Below, one piece after another: positions 46,940 to 56,538 of a stretch of 56,707 nucleotides of DNA. Both the position numbers and the translations under genes were made by a program. The first letter of the stretch is position 1. Each line of letters opens with the position of its first letter. The notes beneath the pieces were generated by a model. That model was not told where the DNA came from and searched no databases. It worked only from the letters and a program-made list of their open reading frames with translations. The stretch is from a virus (taxonomy: Duplodnaviria; Caudoviricetes), in the IMG/VR virus record IMGVR_UViG_3300044620_000273, positions 1 through 56,707 of that record. One strand, given 5' to 3'.

Positions 46940-48435
46940 CCACCGCGCCGCTTACACTCGCGGATGGTCGCGTCGTGCAGGTTGACGTAGTCGACATCCT
47001 GACTGGCGACGAGCACGTCAATACCTTCATGGAGTGGCAGACGCGCTGGAAAAGCACGGCGCGCGACAGCCAGATCCCTCCGTTCACGAAATGGAGCGAG
47101 TGCGGCTTCCTCGCCGGGCGCGGCTTCGGCAAGACGCGCGTCGGCGCAGAGTGGCTGACGCGATCCGTCTTCCTCGATCCGTCAGGCTTCGATAGCTGCG
47201 TGATCGCGCCAACCTATCAGGATATTCAGGTGACGTGCATGGAGGGCGAGAGCGGCCTGCTGTCCGTCCTGCCGCCCGAGCTGCTCGTCGAGCACAACAA
47301 GACGGGCAACTACATCCGCATGCGCAACGTGACTGGCGGCGTCAGCACGATACGCGGCTTCACGGCTGAGAAGCCCGAACGTCTTCGCGGCCCGCAGCAC
47401 TGCCGCGCATGGTGCGACGAGCTCGCCGCATGGCAGTACGATCAAGAGACGTGGGACATGATGATGATGGGCATGCGTCTCGGCCCTGCACCGCAGATAC
47501 TCTGGACGACGACGCCCAAGCCCAAGGAGTTGATCCGCAGGCTGAGCGCGCCCAAGGACCGGCGCGTCATCGTGCGCGGCTCAAGCCATGACAACCGGGC
47601 AAACCTGCCCGACGACTTCTTCTCCAACCTCGAACAGTATGAGGGCACAACGCTTGGGCGTCAGGAGATTTACGGGGAGCTGATTGATCCTGAAGAGAAC
47701 GGCGTCATCAAGCGGAGCTGGATCAACCTCTGGCCTGCCAAGCGCAGGCTGCCGAAGCTCGACTGGATCATCATGTCACTCGACACGGCCTACACCGAGA
47801 AGAGCGTCGACAAGAAGGGCGACACCGACCCGACGGCGTGCGGCGTCTGGGGCGTGTTCCAGTACAAGAACATGAGCCACGTCATCCTGCTCGACTGCTG
47901 GGAGGATCATCTCGGCCTGCCCGACCTGATGAAGCGCGTGAAGAAGGAGCGCAACGTGCGCTACGGCGACGACGACGATCAGGCGCTGATCCGCCCCATG
48001 TTCGGCAGCGCCAAGCCCATGACGTCTGGGCGCAAGCCCGACATCCTGCTGATCGAAGACAAGGGCAGCGGCATCTCGCTGCGCCAGATGTTGGAGCGCG
48101 AGGGCATCGAGGCCTACGCCTACAACCCCGGACGCGCCGACAAGCTGACGCGGCTGCACATGGTCTCGCCGATCTTCGCCCAGAACCGCGTCTGGGTGCC
48201 CGAGAGCGACAAGTTCCCCGGCAAGCCACGCAGTTGGGTCGAGCCGCTGATCTATCAGCTCTGCTCGTTCACCGGCGAACGCTCAATTAAGCACGACGAC
48301 CACGTCGATCAGACCACGCAGGCGCTGCGGCTGTGCATGGATAAACGCATGATCGACCTCACACGCAAACCGCGCGATGACTGGAAGGGTGACAGACCCG
48401 CCCCCACTGTGGTAATGAACCCCTACGCGGCGTAA
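46936..48435 (+). CDS. Terminase large subunit
   Basis: Walker A AGRGFGKT, Walker B WCDE, nuclease SLDTA and HDDHVD. Confidence 0.93.
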   Translation: MTTAPLTLADGRVVQVDVVDILTGDEHVNTFMEWQTRWKSTARDSQIPPFTKWSECGFLAGRGFGKTRVGAEWLTRSVFLDPSGFDSCVIAPTYQDIQVTCMEGESGLLSVLPPELLVEHNKTGNYIRMRNVTGGVSTIRGFTAEKPERLRGPQHCRAWCDELAAWQYDQETWDMMMMGMRLGPAPQILWTTTPKPKELIRRLSAPKDRRVIVRGSSHDNRANLPDDFFSNLEQYEGTTLGRQEIYGELIDPEENGVIKRSWINLWPAKRRLPKLDWIIMSLDTAYTEKSVDKKGDTDPTACGVWGVFQYKNMSHVILLDCWEDHLGLPDLMKRVKKERNVRYGDDDDQALIRPMFGSAKPMTSGRKPDILLIEDKGSGISLRQMLEREGIEAYAYNPGRADKLTRLHMVSPIFAQNRVWVPESDKFPGKPRSWVEPLIYQLCSFTGERSIKHDDHVDQTTQALRLCMDKRMIDLTRKPRDDWKGDRPAPTVVMNPYAA

Positions 48436-48447
48436 AAGGACAACCTG

Positions 48448-51015
48448 ATGCAAGACGAAGACGAACAGGAGTACGGCGAACTCATTGAGCTTGAGGGCCA
48501 AGAGCAGGACGACGTTGAGGACACCGAAGACGGCGGCGCAATCGTGCGCCTCGACGAGGAAGACCCGAAGGCAGGCGAGAGCGAGTTCTACGCCAACCTC
48601 GCCGACGGCATCATCCCCGAGCCGGAGCTGGGCCGTCTGTCGTCACGCTTCCTCGACCTGATCAGCAAGGACAAGGACGCGCGCAAGAAGCGCGACGACC
48701 AGTATGACGAAGGCCTGCGACGCACTGGTCTGGGCGACGACGCCCCCGGCGGCGCAGACTTTCAAGGCGCATCGAAGGTGGTCCACCCGATGCTGACCGA
48801 GGCCTGCATCGACTTCGCGGCGCGCGCCATGAAGGAGATCTTCCCGCCGCAGGGCCCCGCCAAGGACTTCGTGCCGGGCAAGCCCACGGACAAGAAACTC
48901 GACAAGGCGAAGCGCAAGACCAACCTGCTCAACTGGCAGATGACCGTGCAGTGCCCCGAGGTGCGTGCCGAGCTTGAACAGCTCATGACGCAGGTGCCAC
49001 TGGGCGGCGCACAGTATCTGAAGCTGGGCTGGGACGAGGCGAAGAACCGGCCTGAGTTCCTGTTCGTCGCCATCGACGACATGTACCTGCCATTTGCGGC
49101 CACCAACTTCTACACGGCCCAGCGCCGCACGCACGTCCAGTACCTGACGCAGCTCGACTATGAGAACCGCGTCAAGAACGGCATGTACCGCGACGTCGAC
49201 CTGACGCCCGCAGGCATGGAGCCTGAGATGAGCGTGGCGGCGCAGGCCAACGACAAGATCGAGGGCCGCGAGCAGACCAGCTTCAACGAAGACGGCCTGC
49301 GGATCGTCTACGAGATCTACGCCATTGCCGACGTCGAAGGCGAAGGCGCAGCGCCGTACATCATCAGCGTCGACAAGCCCTCGGGCAAGGTGCTGTCGAT
49401 CTACCGCAACTGGGACGAAGAAGACGAGCACAAGGAAGAGTTGCTCTGGTTCGTCGAGTTCCCGTTCATTCCGTGGCGCGGCGCGTATCCAATCGGCCTG
49501 CCGCACATGATCGGCGGCCTCTCCGGCGCGGCGACCGGCGCACTGCGCGCATTGCTCGACAGTGCGCACATCTCCAACAGCCAGACGATGCTCAAGCTCA
49601 AGGGCGGCACGGCAGGCGGTCAGTCTCTGTCCATCCAGCCGACGCAGACCATCGAGATCGAGGGCGGCCTGAACGTCGACGACGTGCGCAAGCTGGCGAT
49701 GCCGCTGCCGTACAACCCGCCTTCGCCCGTCCTGATGAACCTGCTCGGCTTCTTGGTCGACGCAGGCAAGGGCGTGGTCCGCACGGCCTTGGACGACGTG
49801 GCCGACGGCAACCCGAACGCGCCCGTCGGCACGACGCTCGCCAAGATCGAGCAAGGCATGGTCGTCTTCTCGTCGATCCACGCACGTCTGCACGACGCCA
49901 TGGCCCGCATGCTGCGGATCTTGCATCGCCTCAACGCGATGTACCTCGACGACGAGCGGCTGGAGCAAGAGGCAGGCGAAGAGCTTGCCACGCGCAAGGA
50001 CTTCGAGGGGCCGCTTGATGTGGTGCCCGTCTCCGATCCGAACATCTTCAGCGAGGCGCAGCGTTATGCGCAGGTGCAGGCCGTGTCGCAGCGCGCTGCC
50101 GCCCTGCCGCAGCTCTACAACATGCGTGCCGTTGAGGAGCGCCTGCTTGAGACGCTCAAGGTGCCCAACCCGAAGGAGCTTCTGGTCCCGCCGATGGAGC
50201 CCAAGGACCAGAACGCCGTCAACGAGAACGTCGCGGCGACACTGGGCCGCCCGATCACGGCCTTCCCTGATCAGGACCACATCGCACATCTCAAGACGCA
50301 CCTTGCGTACATGATGAGCCCGACCTTCGGCATGTCGCCGATGATCGCGCCCGCCTTCCTGCCCGTCATGCTGAACCACATCAAGGAGCACGTCGCTCTG
50401 TGGTACGCGGCATCCGTCTTCGACGTCTCGAACGAGGCGCTCGGCGAGGATGTGGGCGACATGATGAAGGAACTGGGCAAGGATACGGAAGGGCGCAAGG
50501 CGCTCGACCAGATGCTGGCCGAGGCTGGTGCCGCCGTTGTGCAGCGCGGTGGCGAGATCTTCAGCGATCTGCCGCAGGTTGTGCAGCAGGCGCAGCAGGT
50601 CATGCAGCAGTTCGCACCGCAGCCGATGCAAGATCCGCGCCTCGCCCTTGAGACGCAGAAGCTTCAGGCCGAGACGCAGCGCGATCAGATGCGCATGCAG
50701 CAGGATGCGCAGCAGGCGCAGCTTGAGGCGCAGATCGACCAGCAGCGGATGCAGCTTGAGCAGCAGAAGATGCAGGTCAATGCGCAGCAAGACCAGCAGG
50801 ACAACCAAATCGACATGGCCGAGCTTCAGCTCCGCATGCAGATCGAGCAGCAACAGCAGCAGGCTGAAGATGCACGTAAGGCGGCTGAGCTTCAGGCTCG
50901 CATGACGATGAACTCGCAGGACAATCAGACGGCCATGCAACTCGCGGCTGCCGAGATTGCGTCTGGTGAAAAAATCGCGGTGTCGACAGGCACTGGGATC
51001 AACCCCAACCCGTGA
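48448..51015 (+). CDS. Portal protein with long Gln-rich C-terminal coiled coil
   Basis: Follows TerL; VVHPMLTEA, NAPVGTTLA; P22-like C-terminal barrel. Confidence 0.85.
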   Translation: MQDEDEQEYGELIELEGQEQDDVEDTEDGGAIVRLDEEDPKAGESEFYANLADGIIPEPELGRLSSRFLDLISKDKDARKKRDDQYDEGLRRTGLGDDAPGGADFQGASKVVHPMLTEACIDFAARAMKEIFPPQGPAKDFVPGKPTDKKLDKAKRKTNLLNWQMTVQCPEVRAELEQLMTQVPLGGAQYLKLGWDEAKNRPEFLFVAIDDMYLPFAATNFYTAQRRTHVQYLTQLDYENRVKNGMYRDVDLTPAGMEPEMSVAAQANDKIEGREQTSFNEDGLRIVYEIYAIADVEGEGAAPYIISVDKPSGKVLSIYRNWDEEDEHKEELLWFVEFPFIPWRGAYPIGLPHMIGGLSGAATGALRALLDSAHISNSQTMLKLKGGTAGGQSLSIQPTQTIEIEGGLNVDDVRKLAMPLPYNPPSPVLMNLLGFLVDAGKGVVRTALDDVADGNPNAPVGTTLAKIEQGMVVFSSIHARLHDAMARMLRILHRLNAMYLDDERLEQEAGEELATRKDFEGPLDVVPVSDPNIFSEAQRYAQVQAVSQRAAALPQLYNMRAVEERLLETLKVPNPKELLVPPMEPKDQNAVNENVAATLGRPITAFPDQDHIAHLKTHLAYMMSPTFGMSPMIAPAFLPVMLNHIKEHVALWYAASVFDVSNEALGEDVGDMMKELGKDTEGRKALDQMLAEAGAAVVQRGGEIFSDLPQVVQQAQQVMQQFAPQPMQDPRLALETQKLQAETQRDQMRMQQDAQQAQLEAQIDQQRMQLEQQKMQVNAQQDQQDNQIDMAELQLRMQIEQQQQQAEDARKAAELQARMTMNSQDNQTAMQLAAAEIASGEKIAVSTGTGINPNP

Positions 51016-51026
51016 AGGATGGAACC

Positions 51027-51167
51027 ATGAAGAAGAACGACGCGGCGCTGAGCAAGGGCAAGCACACTGGCCCAATCAACGCAGAAAACACAAACATGCA
51101 CAAGCTCATGAAGATGGGCATGCACCCGAAAACCGAAGTGTCGGGCGGTAAGAAGACCCCCGCATGA
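51027..51167 (+). CDS. Small basic protein (46 aa)
   Basis: Fills the gap; ATGA-coupled to the next gene. Confidence 0.45.
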   Translation: MKKNDAALSKGKHTGPINAENTNMHKLMKMGMHPKTEVSGGKKTPA

Positions 51168-51358
51168 GGATAGAGACCTTGCTTCAACGCATCGAGGCAG
51201 AGCAAACTAAGTTTGCTAACGATGCGTTGTCGCAACCTGCCGGGCGCGACTTGTTCGCGTATGGGCAGGCCGTTGGCATGCACGCGGGTCTTGAACATGC
51301 CAAGCGTATCCTGATCGACCTTGTGGCCGAGAAGGAGCGCAAAGACTTCAACCTCTAA
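51164..51358 (+). CDS. Hypothetical protein
   Basis: YGQAVGMHAGL; helical, 64 aa. Confidence 0.7.
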   Translation: MRIETLLQRIEAEQTKFANDALSQPAGRDLFAYGQAVGMHAGLEHAKRILIDLVAEKERKDFNL

Positions 51359-51377
51359 CCCTGCGAAAGGAGCACAC

Positions 51378-51806
51378 ATGCAGGAACTCGGTAACAAGGT
51401 TGACTTTGGGTATGCGAGCACGGACGAGGCGTTTCCCGCCTGTGATCCGGGCATCACACCCTTTGGCAGCCGTGTCCTGTGTCAAATCAGGACACCGAAA
51501 CAGAAAACCAAGGGCGGGATCATCCTGACCTCGGAAACACGCGAGACAGACGCGTGGAACACTCAGATCGCGAAGGTGATCGGGGTGGGCGAACTTGCGT
51601 TTCGCAACCGCACAACAGGCGAGCCATGGCCCGAGGGCTCATGGTGCCAGACCGGAGACTTTGTCCGGGTGCCTAAGTACGGCGGCGACCGCTGGACTGT
51701 CAAAACCGCAGACGGCCAAGACGAAGCTCTTGTCGTCATTTTCAACGACCTTGATCTGATAGGCAAAGTGACGGGCGATCCGCTCGCCATGAAGGCTTTC
51801 ATATGA
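51378..51806 (+). CDS. GroES-like co-chaperonin
   Basis: PFGSRVL..KTKGGIIL..AKVIGVG..GDFV..KYGG..NDLDLIGKV; AAGGAG RBS. Confidence 0.85.
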   Translation: MQELGNKVDFGYASTDEAFPACDPGITPFGSRVLCQIRTPKQKTKGGIILTSETRETDAWNTQIAKVIGVGELAFRNRTTGEPWPEGSWCQTGDFVRVPKYGGDRWTVKTADGQDEALVVIFNDLDLIGKVTGDPLAMKAFI

Positions 51807-51834
51807 TCAATAAGGCTACAATAGGGAGCTGGTT

Positions 51835-52767
51835 ATGAGTGACCGAAACAACCTAAGTGAACAAGATGAAGACGACTTGATCCCCGTCGAAACGCCCCCC
51901 GAGGAAGAGACCAAGGCTGAAGAGCCCGAGGTCGAAGAGGACGAGGACGATGACGACGACGAGGAAGATGCGCGTCTAGCCGAAAGCGACGACGATCACG
52001 ACGAAGAGGTGTCCAAGAACCAGAAGCGCCGTCAGAAGCGGCGTGAGGTGCAAAAGCGGGCCAAGGAAGCCGCCCAGCGCGAGCTGGAAACGCTTCGCCA
52101 ACTGAACGCGGATCTCATCCGCCGCGTGTCTGCCATCGAGACGCACACGGCCAACAGCAATGCTCAGACCCTTGAGCAGAAGCTGGCGCAGGCCGTTGCC
52201 GAAGTGCAGCAGGCTGAGCATGTAATCGCCAAGGCGACTGAGCAGGGCAACGGTGACGATGTCGTCGCAGCCATGCGCATCCGCGATCAGGCGATCTACG
52301 AAGCCCAGCGGCTGAACGCTGCCAAGCAAGAGTTCGAGCAGACGCGTCAGCAAGCGGCCCAGCCGCAGGCTAACCCGACTGTCGTCAACTTTGCGAAACA
52401 GTGGATGGACGCCAACCCGTGGTACGACCCACAGGGCGGTGACCGTGACAGCGCACTGACCAAGGGCATCGACAACGAGCTGGCGCGTGAGGGTTACAAC
52501 CCCGCATCGCGCGAGTATTGGGAAGAGCTTACGGCCCGTGTCTCCGAGGCAATCGGCGGCAATGACGAGCCCAAAGCGAAGCCACGCCGCAAGGCCCCAC
52601 CGACTGGCGGAACACGCGAACACGCACCCGTTTCGACTAAGAAAGAAATATACGTGACACCCGACCGTAAACAGGCTATGATTGAAGCCGGAGTATGGGA
52701 TGACCCTGTGCTTCGCCAACGCTATCTGAAAGCGTATCAGGCCTATGACACTGGTTCGGCTCGCTAA
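51835..52767 (+). CDS. Putative scaffolding protein
   Basis: Acidic N-terminus, coiled coil, WMDANPWY; between portal and capsid. Confidence 0.65.
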   Translation: MSDRNNLSEQDEDDLIPVETPPEEETKAEEPEVEEDEDDDDDEEDARLAESDDDHDEEVSKNQKRRQKRREVQKRAKEAAQRELETLRQLNADLIRRVSAIETHTANSNAQTLEQKLAQAVAEVQQAEHVIAKATEQGNGDDVVAAMRIRDQAIYEAQRLNAAKQEFEQTRQQAAQPQANPTVVNFAKQWMDANPWYDPQGGDRDSALTKGIDNELAREGYNPASREYWEELTARVSEAIGGNDEPKAKPRRKAPPTGGTREHAPVSTKKEIYVTPDRKQAMIEAGVWDDPVLRQRYLKAYQAYDTGSAR

Positions 52768-52784
52768 AAAAGGAGTGAGACAAC

Positions 52785-53336
52785 ATGACGAATAGTACTG
52801 AAGATGATCGTTTGAAGAAGCCGGAATTTGACGTTGTAGGTCGGCGCGAAACTCGCCGGTCTCAGGACCGGCAGGTCACTGAGAACCGCGAAGTGAGCGA
52901 AGATGACCGGCTCGAAATGTTCCGTAACCAACTTTTCAATGACGCACTTCCTGATCTGCCGGACGTCCCGGGCTATCATATGTGCTGGCTAACCACGCAA
53001 AATCCGCGTGATCCTATCCACCGTCGCATCCAACTCGGCTACGAGCCAGTGCGACCGGATGAGATACCGGGGATGGAATATGCTTCAATCAAGACTGGCG
53101 AATGGGCTGGTTTTATTGGGGTCAATGAGATGCTCGCGTTTAAGCTGCCCACCAGCCTGTACAACAGGTTCATGCAGGAAGCTCACCACGATGCACCTCT
53201 TCGCGAGGAAGATAAGCTTGCCGAGGTTGCGGATGCTATCCGTGAACAGGCTGAGCGAGCCGGTAGCACAATGTACGAGGGCGACGGATTGTCGGAGATG
53301 CGTGATTTCAACCCTCGGGCACCGCAGGTGTGGTGA
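52785..53336 (+). CDS. Conserved head-cluster protein of unknown function
   Basis: LPDVPGYHMCWL..LGYEPV..EMLAFKLP; AAGGAG RBS. Confidence 0.7.
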   Translation: MTNSTEDDRLKKPEFDVVGRRETRRSQDRQVTENREVSEDDRLEMFRNQLFNDALPDLPDVPGYHMCWLTTQNPRDPIHRRIQLGYEPVRPDEIPGMEYASIKTGEWAGFIGVNEMLAFKLPTSLYNRFMQEAHHDAPLREEDKLAEVADAIREQAERAGSTMYEGDGLSEMRDFNPRAPQVW

Positions 53337-53371
53337 CCGAGTAACCGCAACTAACTACGAGGTATAAGACT

Positions 53372-53938
53372 ATGTCTTCGGTATCCCAACCGTTCGGCCT
53401 ACGTCCCGTCTACTCGCCAAGCGGTGTGGTTCGCCCCACCGCCTACTCGATCCTTACGGGCTACGCAGCGAACATTTTACAGAACCAGCCGGTCAAGATC
53501 GTTACGTCTTCGACTGGCGAAGGTACCATTGCTGCGGCAGCCATCGGCGACCGTTTCATCGGCACCTTCCAAGGCGTTGAGTTCACGGACACAGACGGTC
53601 GCCGTCGCGTATCCAACAAGTGGACTGCATCGCAAGCAGGCACCGACATCGTTGCCTACGTCACGCTTGACCCGACAATCGTTTACGAAATCCAGAGCAA
53701 CGCTGCTTTGGTCGTAGCCGACATCGGTAAGCAGTACGACTTCACCACCGTTGGTACTGGTTCGACTGTTGTCGGTATCAGCCAGATGATGCTTGACGTC
53801 GCTTCTGCTGCTGCAAACGCGTCGTTCCGCCTGATCGGGATCACTCCCGGCCCCGACAACAACTGGGGTGACACTTACGTCATCGCTCAGGTCCAAATCA
53901 GCGAACATCAGAACGTCGCTGACGTGGCCGCATACTAA
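53372..53938 (+). CDS. Capsid decoration/cement-like protein
   Basis: PFGLRPV, GTFQGVEFTD, DPTIVYEIQ; immediately upstream of the capsid gene. Confidence 0.6.
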   Translation: MSSVSQPFGLRPVYSPSGVVRPTAYSILTGYAANILQNQPVKIVTSSTGEGTIAAAAIGDRFIGTFQGVEFTDTDGRRRVSNKWTASQAGTDIVAYVTLDPTIVYEIQSNAALVVADIGKQYDFTTVGTGSTVVGISQMMLDVASAAANASFRLIGITPGPDNNWGDTYVIAQVQISEHQNVADVAAY

Positions 53939-53951
53939 GGAGGGCTGAACT

Positions 53952-54866
53952 ATGGCTACCCCAATGCGGAGTACAGACTTCCGCTCAATCGTTGAGCCGA
54001 TCCTGAACGAAGAGTTCAACGGCATCTATGACCAACGCGCTGACGAATGGTCGCAGGTTTTCAAAGAGTTCAAGGGCATCCCTCGGAACTACCATGAAGA
54101 GCCTGTACTGTTCGGCTTCGGTGCTGCACCAGAACTGCCCGACGGCATGCCGGTCACCTATCAATCAGGCGGCGTGCTGTTCATTCAGCGTTACGTCTAC
54201 AAGGTCTACGGTCTGGCATTCGCCCTGACCAAGGTTCTTGTTGAAGATGGTGATCACATCCGTATCGGCCAGACCTATGCACGTCACCTTGCACAGTCGC
54301 TGATCGAGACCAAGGAAACGCTTGGTGCCAACATCCTGAACCGCGCCTTCAACGGCGCGTACACGGGTGGTGACGGCAAGTCGCTCGTTGCAACCGATCA
54401 CCCGATTGCACAGGGCACGTTCTCGAACCAGCTCTCGACCGCTGCAAACCTCTCGCAGACGTCGCTTGAGCAGCTCCTCATCCAGATCCGCAACGCTGTT
54501 GACAACAACGGCAAGCGTATCCGTTTGACACCTAAGAAGATCGTTTCCGGTCCTTCCAACGTGTTCCAAGCTGAGGTTCTGCTGAAGTCCGCACTGCGTG
54601 CAGGCACCGCAAACAACGACGTGAACCCTGTGAAGAGCATGGGTCTCCTCGATGACGGTCAAGCTAACCTTTCACGTATCACCTCGACCACCGCATGGTG
54701 GGTGCAGACTGATGCGCCAGAAGGCCTCAAGCTCGCGATGCGTCGCGGCCTTGAGAAGTCGATGGAAGGTGACTTCGAGACCGACAGCATGCGGTACAAA
54801 GCCACCGAGCGTTATGCGTTCGGCTGGACCGACCCTCGCGGCGTGTACGGTACTCCGGGCATCTAA
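53952..54866 (+). CDS. Major capsid protein (Mu gpT-like)
   Basis: 304 aa; FGAAPE, YGLAFALT, GGDGKSL..HP, MEGDFETDSMRYKATERYAFGWTDPRGVYG. Confidence 0.88.
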   Translation: MATPMRSTDFRSIVEPILNEEFNGIYDQRADEWSQVFKEFKGIPRNYHEEPVLFGFGAAPELPDGMPVTYQSGGVLFIQRYVYKVYGLAFALTKVLVEDGDHIRIGQTYARHLAQSLIETKETLGANILNRAFNGAYTGGDGKSLVATDHPIAQGTFSNQLSTAANLSQTSLEQLLIQIRNAVDNNGKRIRLTPKKIVSGPSNVFQAEVLLKSALRAGTANNDVNPVKSMGLLDDGQANLSRITSTTAWWVQTDAPEGLKLAMRRGLEKSMEGDFETDSMRYKATERYAFGWTDPRGVYGTPGI

Positions 54867-54873
54867 CCGGGTT

Positions 54874-54904
54874 GGGGAGCTTCGGCTCCCCCTCCCTCTT
54901 CTTA
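54874..54904 (+). terminator. Hairpin after the capsid gene (terminator or stabiliser)
   Basis: GGGGAGC-TTCG-GCTCCCC followed by a pyrimidine tract. Confidence 0.55.
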
Positions 54905-54916
54905 AGGAGAAACCAG

Positions 54917-55360
54917 ATGTCACAGACTACTTGGAGCGGACCACTCGCCTCTGGCGACCGCAACGCAGGCGAAAGTGGCGGACCGAACATCGGCCTCGCC
55001 TATCTCAGCCAAACCGCGCTGATCAACTTCGACGCCACGTTGGTACAAAACGCGACGTTCAACATCCCTGCGTCTTCGCAGATTGTTGACTTCTACGTTG
55101 ACGTGCTGACGGCTTACGACAGCGCATCGTCCGCAACGCTCTCGGCTGGTACCGCTTCTGGCGGCACTCAGTATCTGAGCGGCGTGAGCGTTAAGACGGC
55201 AGCTCGCCGTTCGAACGCGTTCAGTGCTGCGCAGCTTGCTGCGATGGACGACGTTGGCTCGAACCGCACGGTTGTCGCAACTGTAACTTCAGTCGGTCAG
55301 CCGACTGCTGGTCAAGTTCGCGTCACCATGCTGTACGTGCAAACAACGGCTGATGACTAA
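54917..55360 (+). CDS. Virion structural protein
   Basis: AAGGAG RBS; MSQTTWSGP..IPASSQIVD; beta-rich. Confidence 0.7.
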   Translation: MSQTTWSGPLASGDRNAGESGGPNIGLAYLSQTALINFDATLVQNATFNIPASSQIVDFYVDVLTAYDSASSATLSAGTASGGTQYLSGVSVKTAARRSNAFSAAQLAAMDDVGSNRTVVATVTSVGQPTAGQVRVTMLYVQTTADD

Positions 55361-55405
55361 GCATTAGTCTTATGCTATAAGAGGGGGTCGCCTTCGGGTG
55401 GCCCC
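55353..55405 (+). promoter_or_regulatory. Promoter candidate plus UUCG hairpin
   Basis: ATGACT-N17-TATAAG, then GGGGTCGCC-TTCG-GGTGGCCCC. Confidence 0.4.
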
Positions 55406-55425
55406 TGATTATCAAGGAACATAAA

Positions 55426-55833
55426 ATGGCAGATGCAGTAGCAACACAGATTTTATTTGATGGCGAACGCAAAGCCATTATGAAGTTCACCAACATTTCC
55501 GACGGCACCGGCGAGAGCAAGGTGACCAAGGTCGATGTATCGGCCCTAAGCCCCAGCTCCTTCGACAAGGCTTGCGACGGCGTGACGATCACCAAGATCC
55601 ACGCCATGACGCACGGCATGGAAGTCGACATGTACTGGGACGCGACTACGGACGTGTTTATCACTTCGGTCCCGCAACAGCAGATGTATTCGATGGACCT
55701 GACCCAGTTCGGCGGTCTGTGGAACAACGCAGGCGCAGGCAAGAACGGCGACGTTTTGTTCTCAACCCGCGACGCCAGCACAGGCGACACGTACATGATC
55801 ATCCTTGAGATGGTTAAGTCCTACGCAGACTAA
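55426..55833 (+). CDS. Virion structural protein
   Basis: MADAVATQIL..KFTNISDGTGES..FGGL. Confidence 0.7.
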   Translation: MADAVATQILFDGERKAIMKFTNISDGTGESKVTKVDVSALSPSSFDKACDGVTITKIHAMTHGMEVDMYWDATTDVFITSVPQQQMYSMDLTQFGGLWNNAGAGKNGDVLFSTRDASTGDTYMIILEMVKSYAD

Positions 55834-56537
55834 TGGGCGCGTTAATGGGCCCTATGGCGTTCGACGCCGCAGCGCAGAAAGCCAAGCGCGACATTCAGGA
55901 TGCGCTTGGTTCCTATCGCCGCATGCCACAAGCCCCACAACCCCGCGCGCAGGCTCAGGTGATGCCGAACGGCATGCAGATGTCTGCGCAGGTGCCTATG
56001 GGCCAGAACCAGATGCAGTTCGGCATGCAGACGCAGGGCATGCGTCCGCAGGATCTCATGGCCCGCTATGCGACGCCTAACCAATCGTTCGGTGTTAACT
56101 ACCAGCCCCAGAACAAGGGCGTCATGGCGACATACGCTCGACGTTTCCAAGAGGGCGGCCTCGCCACCTCGCTGCGCATGGGCGACAATTACGAGCAAGA
56201 CAAAGATTTCGTAGCCGCAGCCAACCAGCAGATGCAAAACATGGTGGCAAAGCCTTTTGCCAAGGGCGGCCTTGCCATGGCCGAGGGCGGCGCGTGGACA
56301 CGCAAGGAAGGCAAGAACCCCGAGGGCGGTCTCAACGCCAAGGGCCGCGCATCGCTGCGCGCTCAAGGCCATGACATCAAGCCGCCCGTCAGCGCCAAGC
56401 AAGCGAAGAAATCACCAAAGGCAGCCGCACGTCGCAAAAGCTTCTGCGCACGTATGTCTGGCATGCCGGGCCCGATGAAAGACGAAAAAGGCCGACCAAC
56501 TCGGAAGGCCCTATCACTGCGCAAATGGGATTGTTGA
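55833..56537 (+). CDS. Protein with C-terminal DUF6321-like basic domain
   Basis: AWTRKEGKNPEGGLNAKGRAS..RRKSFCARM..LRKWDC; three [FM]xxGG motifs. Confidence 0.7.
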   Translation: MGALMGPMAFDAAAQKAKRDIQDALGSYRRMPQAPQPRAQAQVMPNGMQMSAQVPMGQNQMQFGMQTQGMRPQDLMARYATPNQSFGVNYQPQNKGVMATYARRFQEGGLATSLRMGDNYEQDKDFVAAANQQMQNMVAKPFAKGGLAMAEGGAWTRKEGKNPEGGLNAKGRASLRAQGHDIKPPVSAKQAKKSPKAAARRKSFCARMSGMPGPMKDEKGRPTRKALSLRKWDC

Positions 56538-56538
56538 C

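Noticed and set aside
48643-51075. 810-aa antisense ORF (also 15960-17633, 30435-31709, 32749-33855 and similar)
   Set aside because: Shadow frames of well-supported genes caused by GC-rich codon bias; no motifs
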